Below are positions 1 through 15,400 of a stretch of DNA of 64,000 nucleotides, piece after piece. A model generated the notes under the pieces. That model searched no databases. It worked only from the letters and a program-made list of their open reading frames with translations, and was not told the DNA's origin. A program made the position numbers and the translations under genes. Numbering within the stretch: position 1 is the stretch's first letter; the number at the start of each line of letters is the position of its first letter. This DNA comes from Lytechinus pictus (lineage: Eukaryota). The DNA lies in assembly GCF_037042905.1 (NCBI RefSeq), contig NC_087245.1:27962001-28026000 (forward strand). Reading direction: 5' to 3'.

Positions 1-268
1 TATGTACATGTTCTTTTTTTTAATGTATTTCAACAAGAATGTTGTGTTTCTTTTGTTGGTAAATTAATTGTTATGCATGTTTTTCATCTTATTTATTTCA
101 ATGGACAAATGTATTTTCAAGTATAAAACTACATATTTTAAATCATTTAACTATGATGCACATGTCTTTCTATTATATATGTTTCAAAAGGCAGGATTGG
201 AAAGTTGATATTACTATAGTAATTACAATTCATTCTTTCCATGTTTTTATATCTATATACACTAATAG

Positions 269-404
269 GCAAGCGTTCTTATTGTCGAAGGAGGTGCCAA
301 GGTATATGGGAAGAACCTGGTTCTAGAAAGTGTAAATATGACTGTGGATGATGGTGGTTACATAGACGTCAGTGATGGAGGACATCTTGCTCAACAAGGA
401 CAGG
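269..404 (+). CDS. Exon 1 in window (ASVLIVEGGAKV...GHLAQQGQ)
   Basis: tag|GCA...CAG G|gttag; phase 0 to 1. Confidence 0.85.
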
Positions 405-3400
405 GTTAGAATTCCTTTAATTTCTGATTGTAGGATTGAGTAGGGAAGATAATATATGACAATTATTCTTGTGTATATACTCATATTTTGGTTTTTATGT
501 ACTTTGCCTATTTCCATTACAATTGAATTTCAGAATTTTAGGGATCATACTTTTTTAAAAAAATTGGAAGCATCCCAAAGGGAAGATAGGGTATATGGTT
601 TGGATTGAATTGTAAACATAAATGCACGTGAACAGGTACTTGTGAATTACTTGACAACAGATCAAAATTTATTGTACGATTCAATACAACATTTGAAGCA
701 CAGTATGTAAATCAATTTTTAATAAATTCGAAATAATTTCCACTTTTATCATTTATTCAATGAATGTTAAACTGAGCTGAACTTCTATTCGTGCAATACA
801 TTTACCATGCTGTATTATGAAATACAATGTAATTCATTAATTAATTGAATTAATTTTTATCAAGAGAAATTTAAATCTCATTTAAAAAAACCTATTGCTA
901 CATGTATCTGAAAACCGACCTAATCTACATTTCAATTTATGTTTTTGTATTATTTGTACTGTGTATGCTTGTACCTGTCTTAAAAATTCTTGTTCCAAAT
1001 TGGTGCAATGTCATTGCAGGTGCAGGGATAAGTCATCGCCTCGGTGGCAGTGGGGCATCTCATGCTGGTCTTGGTGGTAGAGGGGGGTGTCAGGGGTATG
1101 TCACATGCACCCTTCCCAAGAATCTTCCTTATGGTAACCTCTACAATCCAAGGGACTTTGGCAGTGGTGGGGGTGGAGCAAGAGGTGGTATCGGTAAGTA
1201 GATATGTTCCCTTTCGTAAATTAACTTTCCCCTAATACTAATAGTGCATGTTATCATGGTTATGACGTTTTTAGGGGGCTGTACACAGATGTTTCCGAGC
1301 AGGCAGGTGGGCTGACTTATAAAAACAATAAATGTATTCATATTAATGAAGAAAAAAAAGGATGAATAAGTCAACTTCTGCGCAGAATTTACTTACCACA
1401 TCACTACTGCATGAAATAAAAAGTGAAGAAGTAGGTTGACACAATGACATCATAGAATCATGATTCAAACATCGTTCACTATATCAACTTTTTTTAAAAA
1501 CATGATTCTGTACCAATGTCCCTTTTTGTGATTTGAGACACATTAACTTTTGATTAAACGCAACCATGATTCTGCGAAACCATCTTTCAAAACGTTTTTC
1601 AAGTCATCATTCTAGCTGAAAAGTCGTGATTGAACGCAGCCAAGTTTGAAATAAGATTTCAATTACAAAATGTTCATATGTTATTATGTACTGTGTAAAA
1701 ACCTCTAGGTGGGGGAACTCTGCAGATTCAAGTAGATGATGTTCTTCAAGTAGATGGTACTATAATGGCTGATAGTCTTGATCTAGCCCTGACCTCATCT
1801 GGATCCGATAGCTCTGGCGGCAGTGGAGGAAGCATCCTAATTGAGTCAGGAGCTTTTATTGGTGAGCAAAAACTGTCAATTTCTCCAAAGAAATTGCCTT
1901 CTTCTACTTCTGTTGTACATGTACATGTAGGTCATTATTAAGCAATGCAACATATTTATTCATTACAGTTGCCTTTGGGTTTAATAAGGTATAGGAATTG
2001 AATTATTTTCTGTATGAATATATCCCATTTCTGCCATGGGTATGAAACGAGTGGGCAGGTTTTTACTCCCAAGGGCGGTTTTCCAGCTATTTACCACATT
2101 GGGAGTCCATAATACTTGGCAAATTGTGATGAATTATGCATGCTGCAAGTTAGATCTGTAGTACCTTGGTGGAAAGTTACCAATGTAGATAGATGCTTAA
2201 TGGATTAATAGAGAATTTAAGCATGATTTGTTGGGCCTTTATGCTCAGTGGATTTTGATTTGAACACTCTATTAATTCAAATGAGGATTTTTCACACATT
2301 GAATTGGTTGTATCTTATTATCTCCTATGATCATTCTTTCAGGTGGACACACAGGTTCAATACAGGCATTGGGCGGTGCTGCAAAGTACACCAACGGTGG
2401 GAGCGGTGCCGGAGGCCGCATAGCTATATACCACCAAACAAATGTTACCCATGGAGAATACCGAGGCTCACTGAGGACGGAGGGTGGTCCAGTAGGCATG
2501 GGTGGTGCTGAGGCAGGAGCAGCTGGTACTGTGTACATCAAGCACCTTGATACAGGGTTCTCTGTGCTCAAGGTCGACAACGGTGGTAGGAAGCCAATCA
2601 CCAAGGAGATTGAAAATGTTGGTACACGGCTTAATTTGGCCGGTGGAACTCGGTCCAAGTCTTCAGTCTACACAGCTACCTCTGGTGTCAGAGTCTCTTC
2701 AAGTGGACCAACCTATGATCCTTATCCGTAAGCTGATTAACTTGAAATCTTTGCCAGATTCATTTATATAAAACAAAGGTGTTTTTTACATCTTGAAAGA
2801 AATTGATATATTTAAATAAATCATATCCCAGCTTCTAATTTTGTTAATGTTTTTTCCCCCTTTAACTTTGATGCAGAACAATCTGTTCTGTATGAAACAG
2901 GGATATTTCTTGTGGGGTGTATGCTGCAATTATACAGTTGTGTTATATAATAAAGGTACCAACAATATAAAGTTGTAGATAAAATGCCCTTTTCATTACA
3001 TGAGGAGTAGATTGTTTTTACAGTTTTTTAAAGATAGCAGTTAATAGTCTTACATATTATTCATATTCCTGAAAACATAAATGTGATCTTTTGTGGCTTA
3101 TTTAAAAAAAGAGAATGAATATTTTTATATATTTATGACAATTGCAAAAAGAAAGAATACAATTATGAGTTGCACTTTACGACTGGACATACACATTCCA
3201 TGATCATAATTTTTTATTCAAGAATTGCATCGTGACCATTCAAGCAGTTTTTTTTTTAGGTAGCAAAGGGGGTATCAGCCATCCTCCCCCCTTGAGCCCC
3301 AATTTTTTCAGGGTGATAATTTTAGTGGAATATGTGTACATATGTCCTTCTATTAGTACTTTAATTATTGGCATTGCAATATCCACAGATGATGAATTGC

Positions 3401-6392
3401 TTCTGTCTACCTGGATAATAATGATGAATTTCTTTTATTTTGTTTACAATAGCCATCATGATGATTATTACTATCTGGCATACCTCTTTGACCAGTCGTA
3501 TAATGGCGATGCAAGGTCATACTACAGAAGCAGCTATCACAGTGTGGTCTTGACCTTTGACCTTGGAGAAATCTTCTTTCTGAATGTAATCAGAGTTCAT
3601 GTCCAATGTAATGCTCTTACAAAGTTCAGGGTAAGTGACTGTACTAGAAAACATGTAGCCCTAGAGTAGGGTAGACAGTATTGAAATAAGGTATACCAAA
3701 CATTTTCAGTCTTATTTAGAGAAGATCTTTTGAATTAATAGAAAAAGAAAATCAGAGGTTATGACAAAATCTTAAATTCATTGTTGAATTGATTTTCCAA
3801 AGGAGGGAAATGATTTGAAAACACATCCATGCAATTTTACAAAATTCGGGTATTGCTTATTCAGTATGAAGAGATACAGTAAACCTCTCATGTTGGAAGC
3901 AAATTTAACAATGTTACTTCATCCCTTTGCCATTGAATAATTCCCAGAACTTTTTCATGATTGAATGATGAATGTTTTCATTGTCTCCTATTGGTTTCAG
4001 GTGGAGTCTTCTTTAGGAGGTACCATCCTGCCAATAACTACAGACTATGTCCTTCCTCCAAACCCATGCCGTGGGTCTGGCCCTTATCTGGAACTGTCCG
4101 TTAAACGAAGGGCCGACACTATCAAATTCCATTTGACTTCCACTCAATCAAGTTCTGTGACTTACAGTGATGCTGCATTGTCAGAAATCGAGATCTTTAT
4201 TGATGAATCTCATGTGCACTCCAGGTAAAGAATTATACATGCATTGTCTTTAAAAAGATTGATTGTATATATTTATATACAGTATACATGATTTAGTTGT
4301 GTTATAATGATGAATATGACTTCTTGGAAGATTATCATACAGCTTGGGAAATAATTTTCAGACTATACCATAAGGGATTTTAGACACTTTGTCAAAAGTC
4401 AGAGCTTCTTCTTTTCCACAGGAAACCCACAAGCCACAAGTTATTCATTACCAGTCCTCAAATATTTGAAAGATGAGAGTCAGTCCTACTAGACCTGGGG
4501 CCCGTTTCATAGAGGACTTGCAACTATTGAAACTTTGCCATTATGGCAACTACCAGGAAATCTTGATTATGATTGGCTGCTGAGCCCTGTTACCATAGTA
4601 GTTGCCATTATGGCAAAGTTACAACAGTTGCAAGTCCTTTATGAAACGGGGCCCCAGAATATCTGAATATCATTTTATCCGTAATATAATCCTTCACCTA
4701 TCGGTAGAAGTACATGCAGTTCTTGATACCTACATGTACCCAAGTGTCATACTGTATGTACACCCATTCCTTACCGTAGGTATGAACACAGAGGACTAGA
4801 CAGTGCAAGGACCTGGATTGAACCTGCTGGAACCAGTTCTCACCAGTTTGATGAGGTTTATATACTTGGAGGTGCACACCTGGCTTTCATGCCACTAGAT
4901 TACAACCTTACTGAGCCGGTTTCAGTTCAAGTTGGCCAGCTGTATGGGGATACAACTGGTAAGTACATGTATTACCTCTTGTAAGAAACTCAGATGACGA
5001 TACAGTGTATCCTGGAGTTGCCAAAGATTGGTTCTTACTATCATGTAGAGATGTTGAATCAGTCCTGGCAGTCTACAGAAGAGACATGTAAAATAAGTCC
5101 TGAAAGCTCACACACACCAGCAGGAAAAGTCTTACATATTTTCACGACAGCTTTCTTTCACAATGATTAAACTTACACCGAAGTCACACAATTGTGTAGA
5201 TACTAATGTATATACCTGACCTGCTGAATACTGATTCTCCTTCCATACTGGAACCAGATATCTTCTTTGAATAAAATATAGGAATAACAGAACTCAGAAG
5301 TGAACATATTTGATGAAGAGACTGAAGTAATCTTAATTATTTGTTTTGTAAAGGGGAAACGAATGTTGTTCACCTTTTCAGGTGAAGAGTTCAATTATTG
5401 TACTGTAAATAATTGCAAGTTTGCAGTTCAATTCTTGCTTTTCAGCTAACCACTGGTGTTGAAAAATGTATATTAGGCTGGTTTAATTAGAGAGTCCATT
5501 TTCATCAAATCCTGCCTGATCTGAGAGTATCAGAGATGTCTTTAATAAACAGTTTCAAAACATTTCCTGGCATTTTTTATTCAGTAATATATTTAACTAC
5601 ATGTACATTATTGTGATTTTATCTTGCCTTATCTTATTTGACTACATTTTGTTTTATTCTAATATAGACAACTTTACTTAGACATCCTTGAACACCATTC
5701 CTATATTTGCCAATGCTCAATTCAAATTCCTTCATTTTATCTTTATACTGGCATATGTTTTCTCATGATGCCTTTCTTGTTACCTTATTTTCTTTCTCAG
5801 TATTTGAATTCAAATTTTAAAATGAATTGAATCCTCTAAATCCATGTATGATCAATCTGATCTGTATTGAATGAAATCCATGACTTCTGTTCTCTGTTTC
5901 CAGGCTATATTCACCTTGGTTTCAAGCAGTCCATGTCTATCAACATCACTCATCCTGATATCTCCTTCAATACAAGGGTCTATGAGGAAGGAAGACTGGT
6001 GATGCCTTCTAGGGCATTCTTCAAAGGAGTTGAGCTTATTTCTTCAGGAAATGTTAGTCCACTCTCTTAAAANNNNNNNNNNNNNNNNNNNNNNNNNNNN
6101 NNNNNNNNNNNNNNNNNNNNNNNNNNNNNNNNNNNNNNNNNNNNNNNNNNNNNNNNNNNNNNNNNNNNNNNNNNNNNNNNNNNNNNNNNNNNNNNNNNNN
6201 NNNNNNNNNNNNNNNNNNNNNNNNNNNNNNNNNNNNNNNNNNNNNNNNNNNNNNNNNNNNNNNNNNNNNNNNNNNNNNNNNNNNNNNNNNNNNNNNNNNN
6301 NNNNNNNNNNNNNNNNNNNNNNNNTACTGCTACTACTACCAATACTGCTACCAATACTACTACCACTACTACTACCACTACTACTACCACTA

Positions 6393-6437
<45 letters not shown>

Positions 6438-9400
6438 ATTCTACTACTACTGCTACTACTACTGCTACTACTACTGCTACTACTACCNNNNNNNNNNNNN
6501 NNNNNNNNNNNNNNNNNNNNNNNNNNNNNNNNNNNNNNNNNNNNNNNNNNNNNNNNNNNNNNNNNNNNNNNNNNNNNNNNNNNNNNNNNNNNNNNNNNNN
6601 NNNNNNNNNNNNNNNNNNNNNNNNNCTAGTGCTCCAACAACACCAGCATCAACTTCTAATACTACAAACAAAAGCCTACTACTTGTACTACTACTACTAC
6701 TGCTATATAAGCTTGATGATGTACATGTAGCACAGAGTACACTGACAAAATGAAGTCTCTATGTCCTTTAGAGAGAGTGAAATAAAAATTATGAAGCAAC
6801 GAACCTCTCTTTTCATACAATGAACATGTAATCACCATGTAACTGATTTATCAATTAATCTCTTTTACTTGTAGTGGGAGTACAAACAAAATGGAAAAGA
6901 AGGGTTTTGCAAGACATGCTTCAAGTATGTATTTGCTCTCAATCTTTGCTTTAACACTTTCTCATTTATGTTTTTCCTTTTGTCATTCTGTGCTATTTAC
7001 TTCATACATATCTCTTTATTTTTTCCAGGTTGCAGGGATTGATGATCTGTTTGTCTTTGATGGTGGTTTTGTTCACTTGGATGCCAATGGTAGCCTTGGT
7101 TATGACAGCGATCCTAGAGAACACACTTTGTCTAGTCTACACATACAAGATGGCGGGACCTTCTGGCTGGAGAGCATAGATGTTTGTGATCGTGTGAGCC
7201 TGTCTGCATACAACATCACTGTAAGTACTGCAAGATTGTAAACAGTGGTGAACAAGCATGTCAGTTAGGAGTCAGTAGTCCAAAGTGTAAATCCACTTTT
7301 GTTCCTTGTTGAACGGGGTTGGCTGGATTCACCCCATGTCACGATAATCTCCCTTACCTGTCACTCCATTTTGCATGATTTGGTGCATATTCTCTAATCC
7401 TTGTACCAACCCTCCGACTCTCCACCTTCACGTGCTTCTGCCATGCTCTATAGGGGTTGGAAAAGGAAAGAGGAGCTCATTAAAAGATGGGTTCTATGGT
7501 CGATGGCTTGTGTTTTTTATATGATATGTCGCCTCACTGGCAAAATTCAATGTTTTCTAATTGTCCACCACTGATTTGAAACACAAAAATAACACTAGAG
7601 GAGAAAATATTCATTAGAAATCTACTTTAGATGTGAATGTATTTTGTTCAAATTGATCATTTGTGAAAAACATAGTTGAGATATCGGAGTTCTTTGTGAT
7701 GGTGTTGCTAAAACTTCAATTTTGTTTTGCTCTTCATGGTGAGTCACCATCTTAACAAAAATTTTGTTCTTTTTCAATATGTTTCTTCATCATATATATT
7801 TATATACAGAGAGTAAACATAATTGTTGTATTTTATTATACTAATGGGACGATATCTCATGGATTCTTCATGTATGTGCATTATTTTTGAAAAAGGGGAT
7901 TCGAAAGCATTTGTTAGAATAAGGGCTTGAATTTCAGTACCTGTGTGGATTTGTCAGTATGAATGTGTTGGTGGAACGCTCTAAACTGCCAAGTGATCGA
8001 TACATGTTGTAACTCTTAATCAAGATTGATAACTTATGCAAAAAATACATTGAGAAAATGTCTTCTGTTGTCTCACAATCAAGGATTATGTGTATGTTGG
8101 AAGTGTCTTCATGGAATTAAATATCTTTTTAAAGACTCTAGCTAATGTGATGTTCTTTTTAAGCCAAATTAAACTTTGTAGAGGTTATGATTTTATTTGA
8201 TTACATTACATACAGGTGTATGGAGGAGGTCACTTTCAGTCTAACGCTGGTCTCAATATCTCGGCATCTCATCTCTTTGCTATTTACTCTGGTGGTGAAC
8301 TCAATCTTGATCGTTCTGGTTTCCAGACTTGGTCTTCCATCCAGCTTGGATCTACACTCGTCAGGGGACCGGGCCAGGGCTATGGTAAGACCATACGCAT
8401 GAAAAATCCAGTTTAGAAATAGATGTTCATAATAAGTCTAATCTGCTCTTTGATTTGATGCCTCAATCACAGAAAATGGTCAAGAAATAAAAACAATTCT
8501 GTTTATTTGGAATAATCCTTGGATGTCAATGAATTCATAAAATGAGGTTTTACAGGTTAGCTTTCAGACTTACTTCAACACTCCAGTTTTGTTGACGATC
8601 AGCCATGCATAATGTCTTTTGTTAACTGTGCAATAGGTTAGGTGGGAAGCCAATGAACACATTTGTTGAATGAAATTATGGAAATACAAGTGTTGTTTCG
8701 AGGGAACATAACTTTTTTTATTTCTTGACCATTTCCTGTGATTGAAGTATCCAATCAAAGAGCAGATATCAAAATTTTTAGGCATGTGATTTTCTTTTTG
8801 GAATTCAGATACCTCCTGCCTAATGAATTTTTGGTATCCCTTTTTCAAATTGTTTTTACTCACTCATGCATGAATGAGAAATATTCTCTATTGTACCAGA
8901 TGAAAGAGGGACTCTAAGCGTTATTATGATAGGTCATTAGTCTGTTGTATTTGTGATCAAGTTATGATTAATCATTGGTAAATCTTGGTTTCATTTTTTT
9001 GTGGGACGCACTGTATATACCCTCACTTGTCGTATATTGTCCCATATACACAATTTATGTAAAGAAGTGTCTGTTTATTGCTGTAGCAGGTGTTGTTTGT
9101 TGATAAATGGAAATAGAAATTCATAATAATTGTTAGGGGAAAAAAACATTAAAAAATAATTGATCATATTACAAATGTGACATTTACATAATAGCAATAG
9201 ATAATAGACAAATATTTAGAATGCAGGGGCCAGCTATCATAAATAAAATAATAGCTTGACTTTATGGTACATGATTTGAGAAAATGGGCGATATCCACCT
9301 CTCTTTTTATTCCAATAGTACAGTCTCATTTAAATGATCCAGAACAAAATGCCACAACAATAAAAAAAAATCATTTACCCAAAATCAATTTTTTGTGTAT

Positions 9401-12400
9401 ATTGGTAAAAATATATGGCAAGTGCAGGTATATCCAGATGCAATATTCTTGAAGGAAATTGTGAAATGCAATGGATACAATTCTTTTTAGGTGGTGTTTC
9501 TGGTGGTAGTGGAGGAGGTCATGGTGGAAGTGGAGGTCGGGGGTCAGGTCAATCTCTTGTTGGTCTGGCCTATGGCTCTATCTATGATCCCACAGACTGT
9601 GGAAGTGCAGGAGGCTATGGAGAACACTATGGTAAGCTGATCTATTTTATAGTTGCCTAAATTGTAGTTTCAGAAATTTTCAACAACCACTCTCTTTTAG
9701 TGTAGACCTATGTATTTTCATGAATATTAAAAAAAACACTCGCTTTTATTATAACAATAAGTATGTAGTCCAAAAATATTTGACCACCATTTTCTTGTAT
9801 TGCTGCAGTGATGACCCATTTTCCAGAATTATTCCCATTATCATTCACTTTGCAATAATTGTAAATATAGAAATACTTAATGCCAAACTTATGTAAAATT
9901 GCTTCTTGACTGGTAATTGCTTAATGCATTAATCTGTCAACACCTTTTTAGAGCTCTGGATATTTACATTCATATGTCAATATCATCGAGTCAAATTTAG
10001 ATTGAAGTAAATACTTTCAAGAGAATATTGCAGTTGATGGGATAGTGAAATGTAGGATGTAGACAATGTGCCTAGTTCATCCGTCTTCTATTTTGGTCAT
10101 ATCAAAGTAAGAAATTATATGCTTTGCCTACCGGGGCAGTCTCGGAAGTTTAGATTTGTATCATGCAAAATGTCATAATGATTATGATAATACTAATTAA
10201 CATTTTTCTAGTGCCATCTACTAGAAATAATATATTCTGAGGTGCACTATTATTATTACCCCAGATTTAGCTCGAGCTGCCTTCCAGTGTTCAGTGCATT
10301 AAAGGTATTCATCCTGTTGGGTACTCATTCACGTCGCCTGAGTTGATTGCAGCACAATGTAGGTAAATTTCTTGCTGAAGTAAAACATGCCATGCAGGGT
10401 TTCAAACCCACGACCCTCCTATTGAAAGATGAGAGTCAGAACCACTAGACCACAACATCCCCAATATTAAGATACATTTATATGACTGAATTTATTCATT
10501 TTTCGTACAGGTGAGCTGTATTTTGGATCTGAACCTACCAAGAATACAGTTCAGTTGCGCGGCATTGGAGGCAGAGGAGGCGGAGCTTTGAAAGTTACAT
10601 CACGTCATGTGATCATTGATGGCATTATATCAGCCAATGGTGAACCTTCATTATATGCCAGAGCAGGTATGAAATGAATGGTGAACCATACCAAATGTAA
10701 AATGGCAATGATTTACTGTATCCTTATTGAAAAACTGTTGGTTGTTGTGGAGATTACTGCATCAGGGATTATACTAAAAGTAAACAGAGAAAGCAGCATC
10801 CAGAACTGAACCTTATGTAATCTTATGTATGTAAACAAATAAAGAAAGATTCTGAATTCAGTTAACAGGCGAAAAAAAATATTCGAATGGATAGTACATT
10901 CAGTTGAATGGAGTAAGGAAATAGATGGGGTTGTTTTCATTGTGATTTGTTTTGTATTGGATTATAATGACTGACTAGAGCCCTTGTTTCTTTTACAGGA
11001 TGTGTGCTTTACCTTAAAGATATTTTCATGATATTTCATATACATGTATGTTCATATTGTTTGATATACTGGATATACTTTCATCATGTTAAAATGTGTG
11101 ACCAAGAAAAATTTTCCTGTACTTTATAATGAACTATGAAATGAATTGAATTGAATTGTGTTAAATGAATTTCAAAATTTCTATTGTAGGAGGAGGATCT
11201 GGAGGGAGCGTTTGGGTAGAGTGTGAGGAGCTGGATGGCTTTGGTACCATCTCTGTTGATGGAGGCAATGGTCAGCTTGAAGGAGGAGGAGGTGCAGGTG
11301 GAAGGGTTGCTATTAACTACCAGAACATGGTCAACTTTAATGGCACCTTCACAGCTACTGGAGGTAAGAGATAGTTCCAAAAAGTTTGTACCACACATCC
11401 TTACCCTTATATATGGGACATTCCTGAAAATTTTAATCTTTGTGTTATGGTTCATATGAATGGTTGTAATGCTGTAAATATTTCATGGCTGAGCACTTCT
11501 TGAAATAAAGGTTGATTATTTTATGAACTTAACCAATTTCATTCATCATTTTGATCCCTTTTGGACACTTTTCATAGTTCATACTTTTGGTATATATGGT
11601 AGTGTAAGTGATATGAGCTCCCTTATATTATGATCTGTAGAATATGATTTGGATTAGTTTGCTTATGTGTGATAATCAGTATGGCTGAATATGTGACAAA
11701 CCTAAGCAAGATCTTCAATAAGTTCAAAAAGGTAAAATAAATCACACCACTTATGCCTTCCATTGTGCATTATATGCTTCAATTCTTAAAGTAGGTCCAA
11801 AGTTTGATGGAAAAACTCTTGACATCATGATGATTCCTCGGTGATGTCATAGCTCTTTTATATGATGTCATAATTATGATTTCATTAATACATCATGAAG
11901 ATGTGGAATGAAGGTGGACTACACCAGACAGATTATATTGCTTACACTTGTTTTCATGTGCACTACACTTTTTTGAATGAATCTGATTGCTCTACCGCCC
12001 CCCTCTACATTTTTCATGATAAATCCATCGCATGAAATTTTTCAACCGTGCCGCTCGCTGACTTTTTACTTTTAAATCTCGCACAACTTTTGAGACCAAA
12101 TTTGCAATGCCCGGGTATGCGGTTATCAAATTACGCAACATTATGTAAGTGCATGTCAGACCCATAACTATCAAAAACGTGAATTCATGTACAAATCCAA
12201 TGTAAATTGTGTATTTAGCCAAAATTCATATAAGGTTTTTTTTTCTACTTTTACTGATTAAACTTAATCAATTTTGTCTTTTTTATGATCAGAAGTAATT
12301 CTGCAACAATTTCCATCGAGGAAAAATAATAAAAAAACAAAAAGTCGAAAAACAAAGAAATAACCTAATAAATAAAAAAAACAATAAAATACACTGTACA

Positions 12401-15400
12401 TAAGAAACCAAATTTTGCAAAACCAAATTTTTTAAAAAGTACATTTGATTGGGAGTCTGAATAAAAAATAAGCAGTTTTGGGGCCATATTATAGTTTATT
12501 GTAGCAAATGTTTTATTTTATTCATAAATAAACATATTTTATTCATTAAATAAAAAATCTTATTATTTCAAAAAAATTAACTATACAGCCTTGATAATTT
12601 TATCACACACTACCACTGTGCAAATTTTTGCGGCGCTCGCGCGATCGAAGGGCGAGATCTCAGAGGGGAGCGGAATCCATCCCCCCCCCCCCCCGGCTGT
12701 GAGAGGGGTCCAAATAACCCGGCTCTTTTAGGGTTAAGAGCTTTGTTGCATTACATGTATGTGTGAAAGGTCAATATGTATGTTCTGTATGCATGTCCAA
12801 CATAGGCAGTTCATCCAAAGAAGATGGTGGAGCTGGAACAGTGTACCTGGAACGTCATGAACTCCTGTCAAACACATCTAGACAAGTCACCCACAAGATA
12901 ATCAAGGTCAACAACAGAGGGCGTTCTGAGCCTCGTTCGTTAGATGGATCGCAGGAACCTCTACGTAACCTCCTGGATGGACTCTATGATGATATTACAG
13001 AAGCTGGAGGGATAACGTGGCTGTGGCATACTGATAATGAATATGGGTTTGACGAGGTGAGTAGCTGTCATCTACCAGTCCTGCAATATGTGACCTGCCA
13101 CCCCCAAAACCAACAATAAGTCGACCAAAATGAATATACATGTAGAGGTTTTTTTATTGAGCTTGAAAATTCACTTCCTAAGCTTTAAAATTATATATAG
13201 TATGTTAAAATTGACCAACAATAACCATTACATGTACTTGTTTGAATGTAGAGGAAATAAAGCAAGAGCTTAAAAAATAAGGAGAAAACAAGGTTTGAAG
13301 TCTGGGGTTCACTCAAGCATAACATGTGCATACTGTGTAATCTCAGTGAAACTTCCAAGCAGTCCGAAAAAGTAGTGTCCAAGAAACTCTTGTACCTTTT
13401 CTTTTATTCGTTTTCATGACTTCAAATTTAATGGTATGAAGAAGAAGAATTGCTCTTTCAGATAAGCTATTTTTTTTTTTTTTGGGGGGGGGTTTGAAGA
13501 CCAATTAACTATGTTGGCTATTTACAGAGAACTTTACCTGGCGACTTATTGGTGGTTTTGGGGTGGTAGTACACATACTGTACAGAAGTTAAAATATTAG
13601 GGGAGCAAAATTGCATGTTTCATTTATATTTACATTATCAATGGACTTTGTTGAGTTCAGAATAACCCATGGAGTTATTTCTATGATAGATTTGAAACAA
13701 CATTAAAATATAATTTACATATCTCCATTGCTTAAGACTTCAACTGACCATAACTCTTTCATCTGTTGAAATAACCATAGTAACATGAACAATGAGTCAA
13801 TGAAAATCCCAAGATTTTCATTATGTCACTGATGGCAGAGATTTATACATGGGTTCTGGGGTTAGTTAAGAAAAGTATGTGCTTATTGTTAACCCATGTG
13901 AAATAGCCATTTCGCCTAAGCTTCTATTGAAATTGTCTCTCTTAATTCTTCTTTGTTTACCCATGTAGATTCATCTTCATGGAAATGCACATGTTGCAAT
14001 TCTGAGTAACACTTCTGGGGAGACAATCACTGTTGTTGGAGGAGAACTGTACGGGGATCGTTCGGCAGTGATACACATTGGCAAGAATCAATACCTTCAC
14101 TTCAACTTCACGGATGTCTACTTTGCTACCAATGTTCTCCTCTATAGGTAAATGTATGAACAGAATTGTGTTCTATGTGTGACATGGAAGTGCTGACACT
14201 ATGCTTTTTCCTCATGATGTAAAAGTCATGAATAAAATAAGTTATCTGTTCAAAAAATTATACATCTTGTATGTAGTAATTAAATCCTTGAACTGATACA
14301 ATTAGTTAATACTGCATGATCTTTTCAAAATTCTTTCTGTTATCTTTGTTTCTCATTATTACCTGTATTATATACAAGTTTATTAACTATGCCATTATTG
14401 ATGCATGATGTACATGTACATGTATAGATGATTATTTTCATTCATTTTATACAACACTTCTTCCAATTGTTTGTGAAACTATTTTCATTGCTTCAATCAA
14501 TGGCTTTTAAAAGCACATTTGTGAATTTGGGCCAATATGTACAAATATGTATGGAGTATATTGTGCCATTAATGTCTAAACTCTTCTTCTGATGTCAGAT
14601 ATGGTGAGCTGACAGTTCCTCCCAGACTCAGCATGAGGGATGTTTGGATGGATATCAAGGGGACGTTTAACGGCATTGATCAGTTTACAGTAGATGAAGG
14701 TGGTCAGCTGACTATGTGGTCAGTTGGACGGTCAACTGGTCAACCAGTGGGTGTCTATGAGTGTGTCAACATGACGGTCAGATCAGAAGGAAATGTGAAG
14801 GTAAACATCAACTAGTTTAATTAAGAAAAAAAACCAGTGGATTATCAAATCCAGAGGGAAATATTTTTTTTGGGGGGAAACAGGTGCAAAGATAATCACT
14901 TTTTGCCAATCCCAGAGCTCTAAGGACCAATTGTTTATGTTGTGTATTTCTTCTTGGAGGCCTTTAATATGATATTTTTAGGACAAGGCCTCTTTTCCAT
15001 AGCATGCATTTTGATATTACAGCACAAATGGGAAAAATCAAAATGACACAACAAATCTCCAAGGCCTTTAAAAGCGGTATCAATCCAGTCAATGGGGCGT
15101 CTATGGCCATGATATTCGATGGCCTTGGACTAGTTTAAGTCCAGAGATGGAAATAATATTGCTTGCACAATTGTTGGTACTGATACCAATGTTGAAATGA
15201 AATTAATGTGTTGAAATGAAATTAACATGGCTGGGACAAAAATTATGTCTAGAGAAATTTAGGAGAAGCCATCTTTAAGAAGTTAAGCGTTTGAAAATAC
15301 ATGTAGAATATATGTATTCATTTTGCTGAGAAAGTAATGGATACTATTTTGATGTGTAGTTAATGGATCATTCTCTGTGGAGTTTGATATTGAAGAAATG

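Noticed and set aside
2272-2658. Antisense Pro-rich ORFs opposite exons (also 35474-35677, 45752-46009, 52428-52709)
   Set aside because: Expected shadows of Gly-rich GGN codons, with no independent evidence.
6030-6671. Poly-Leu/poly-Val ORFs
   Set aside because: Artefacts of a (CTA)n microsatellite and N gaps. Exons 8 and 9 join in phase without them.
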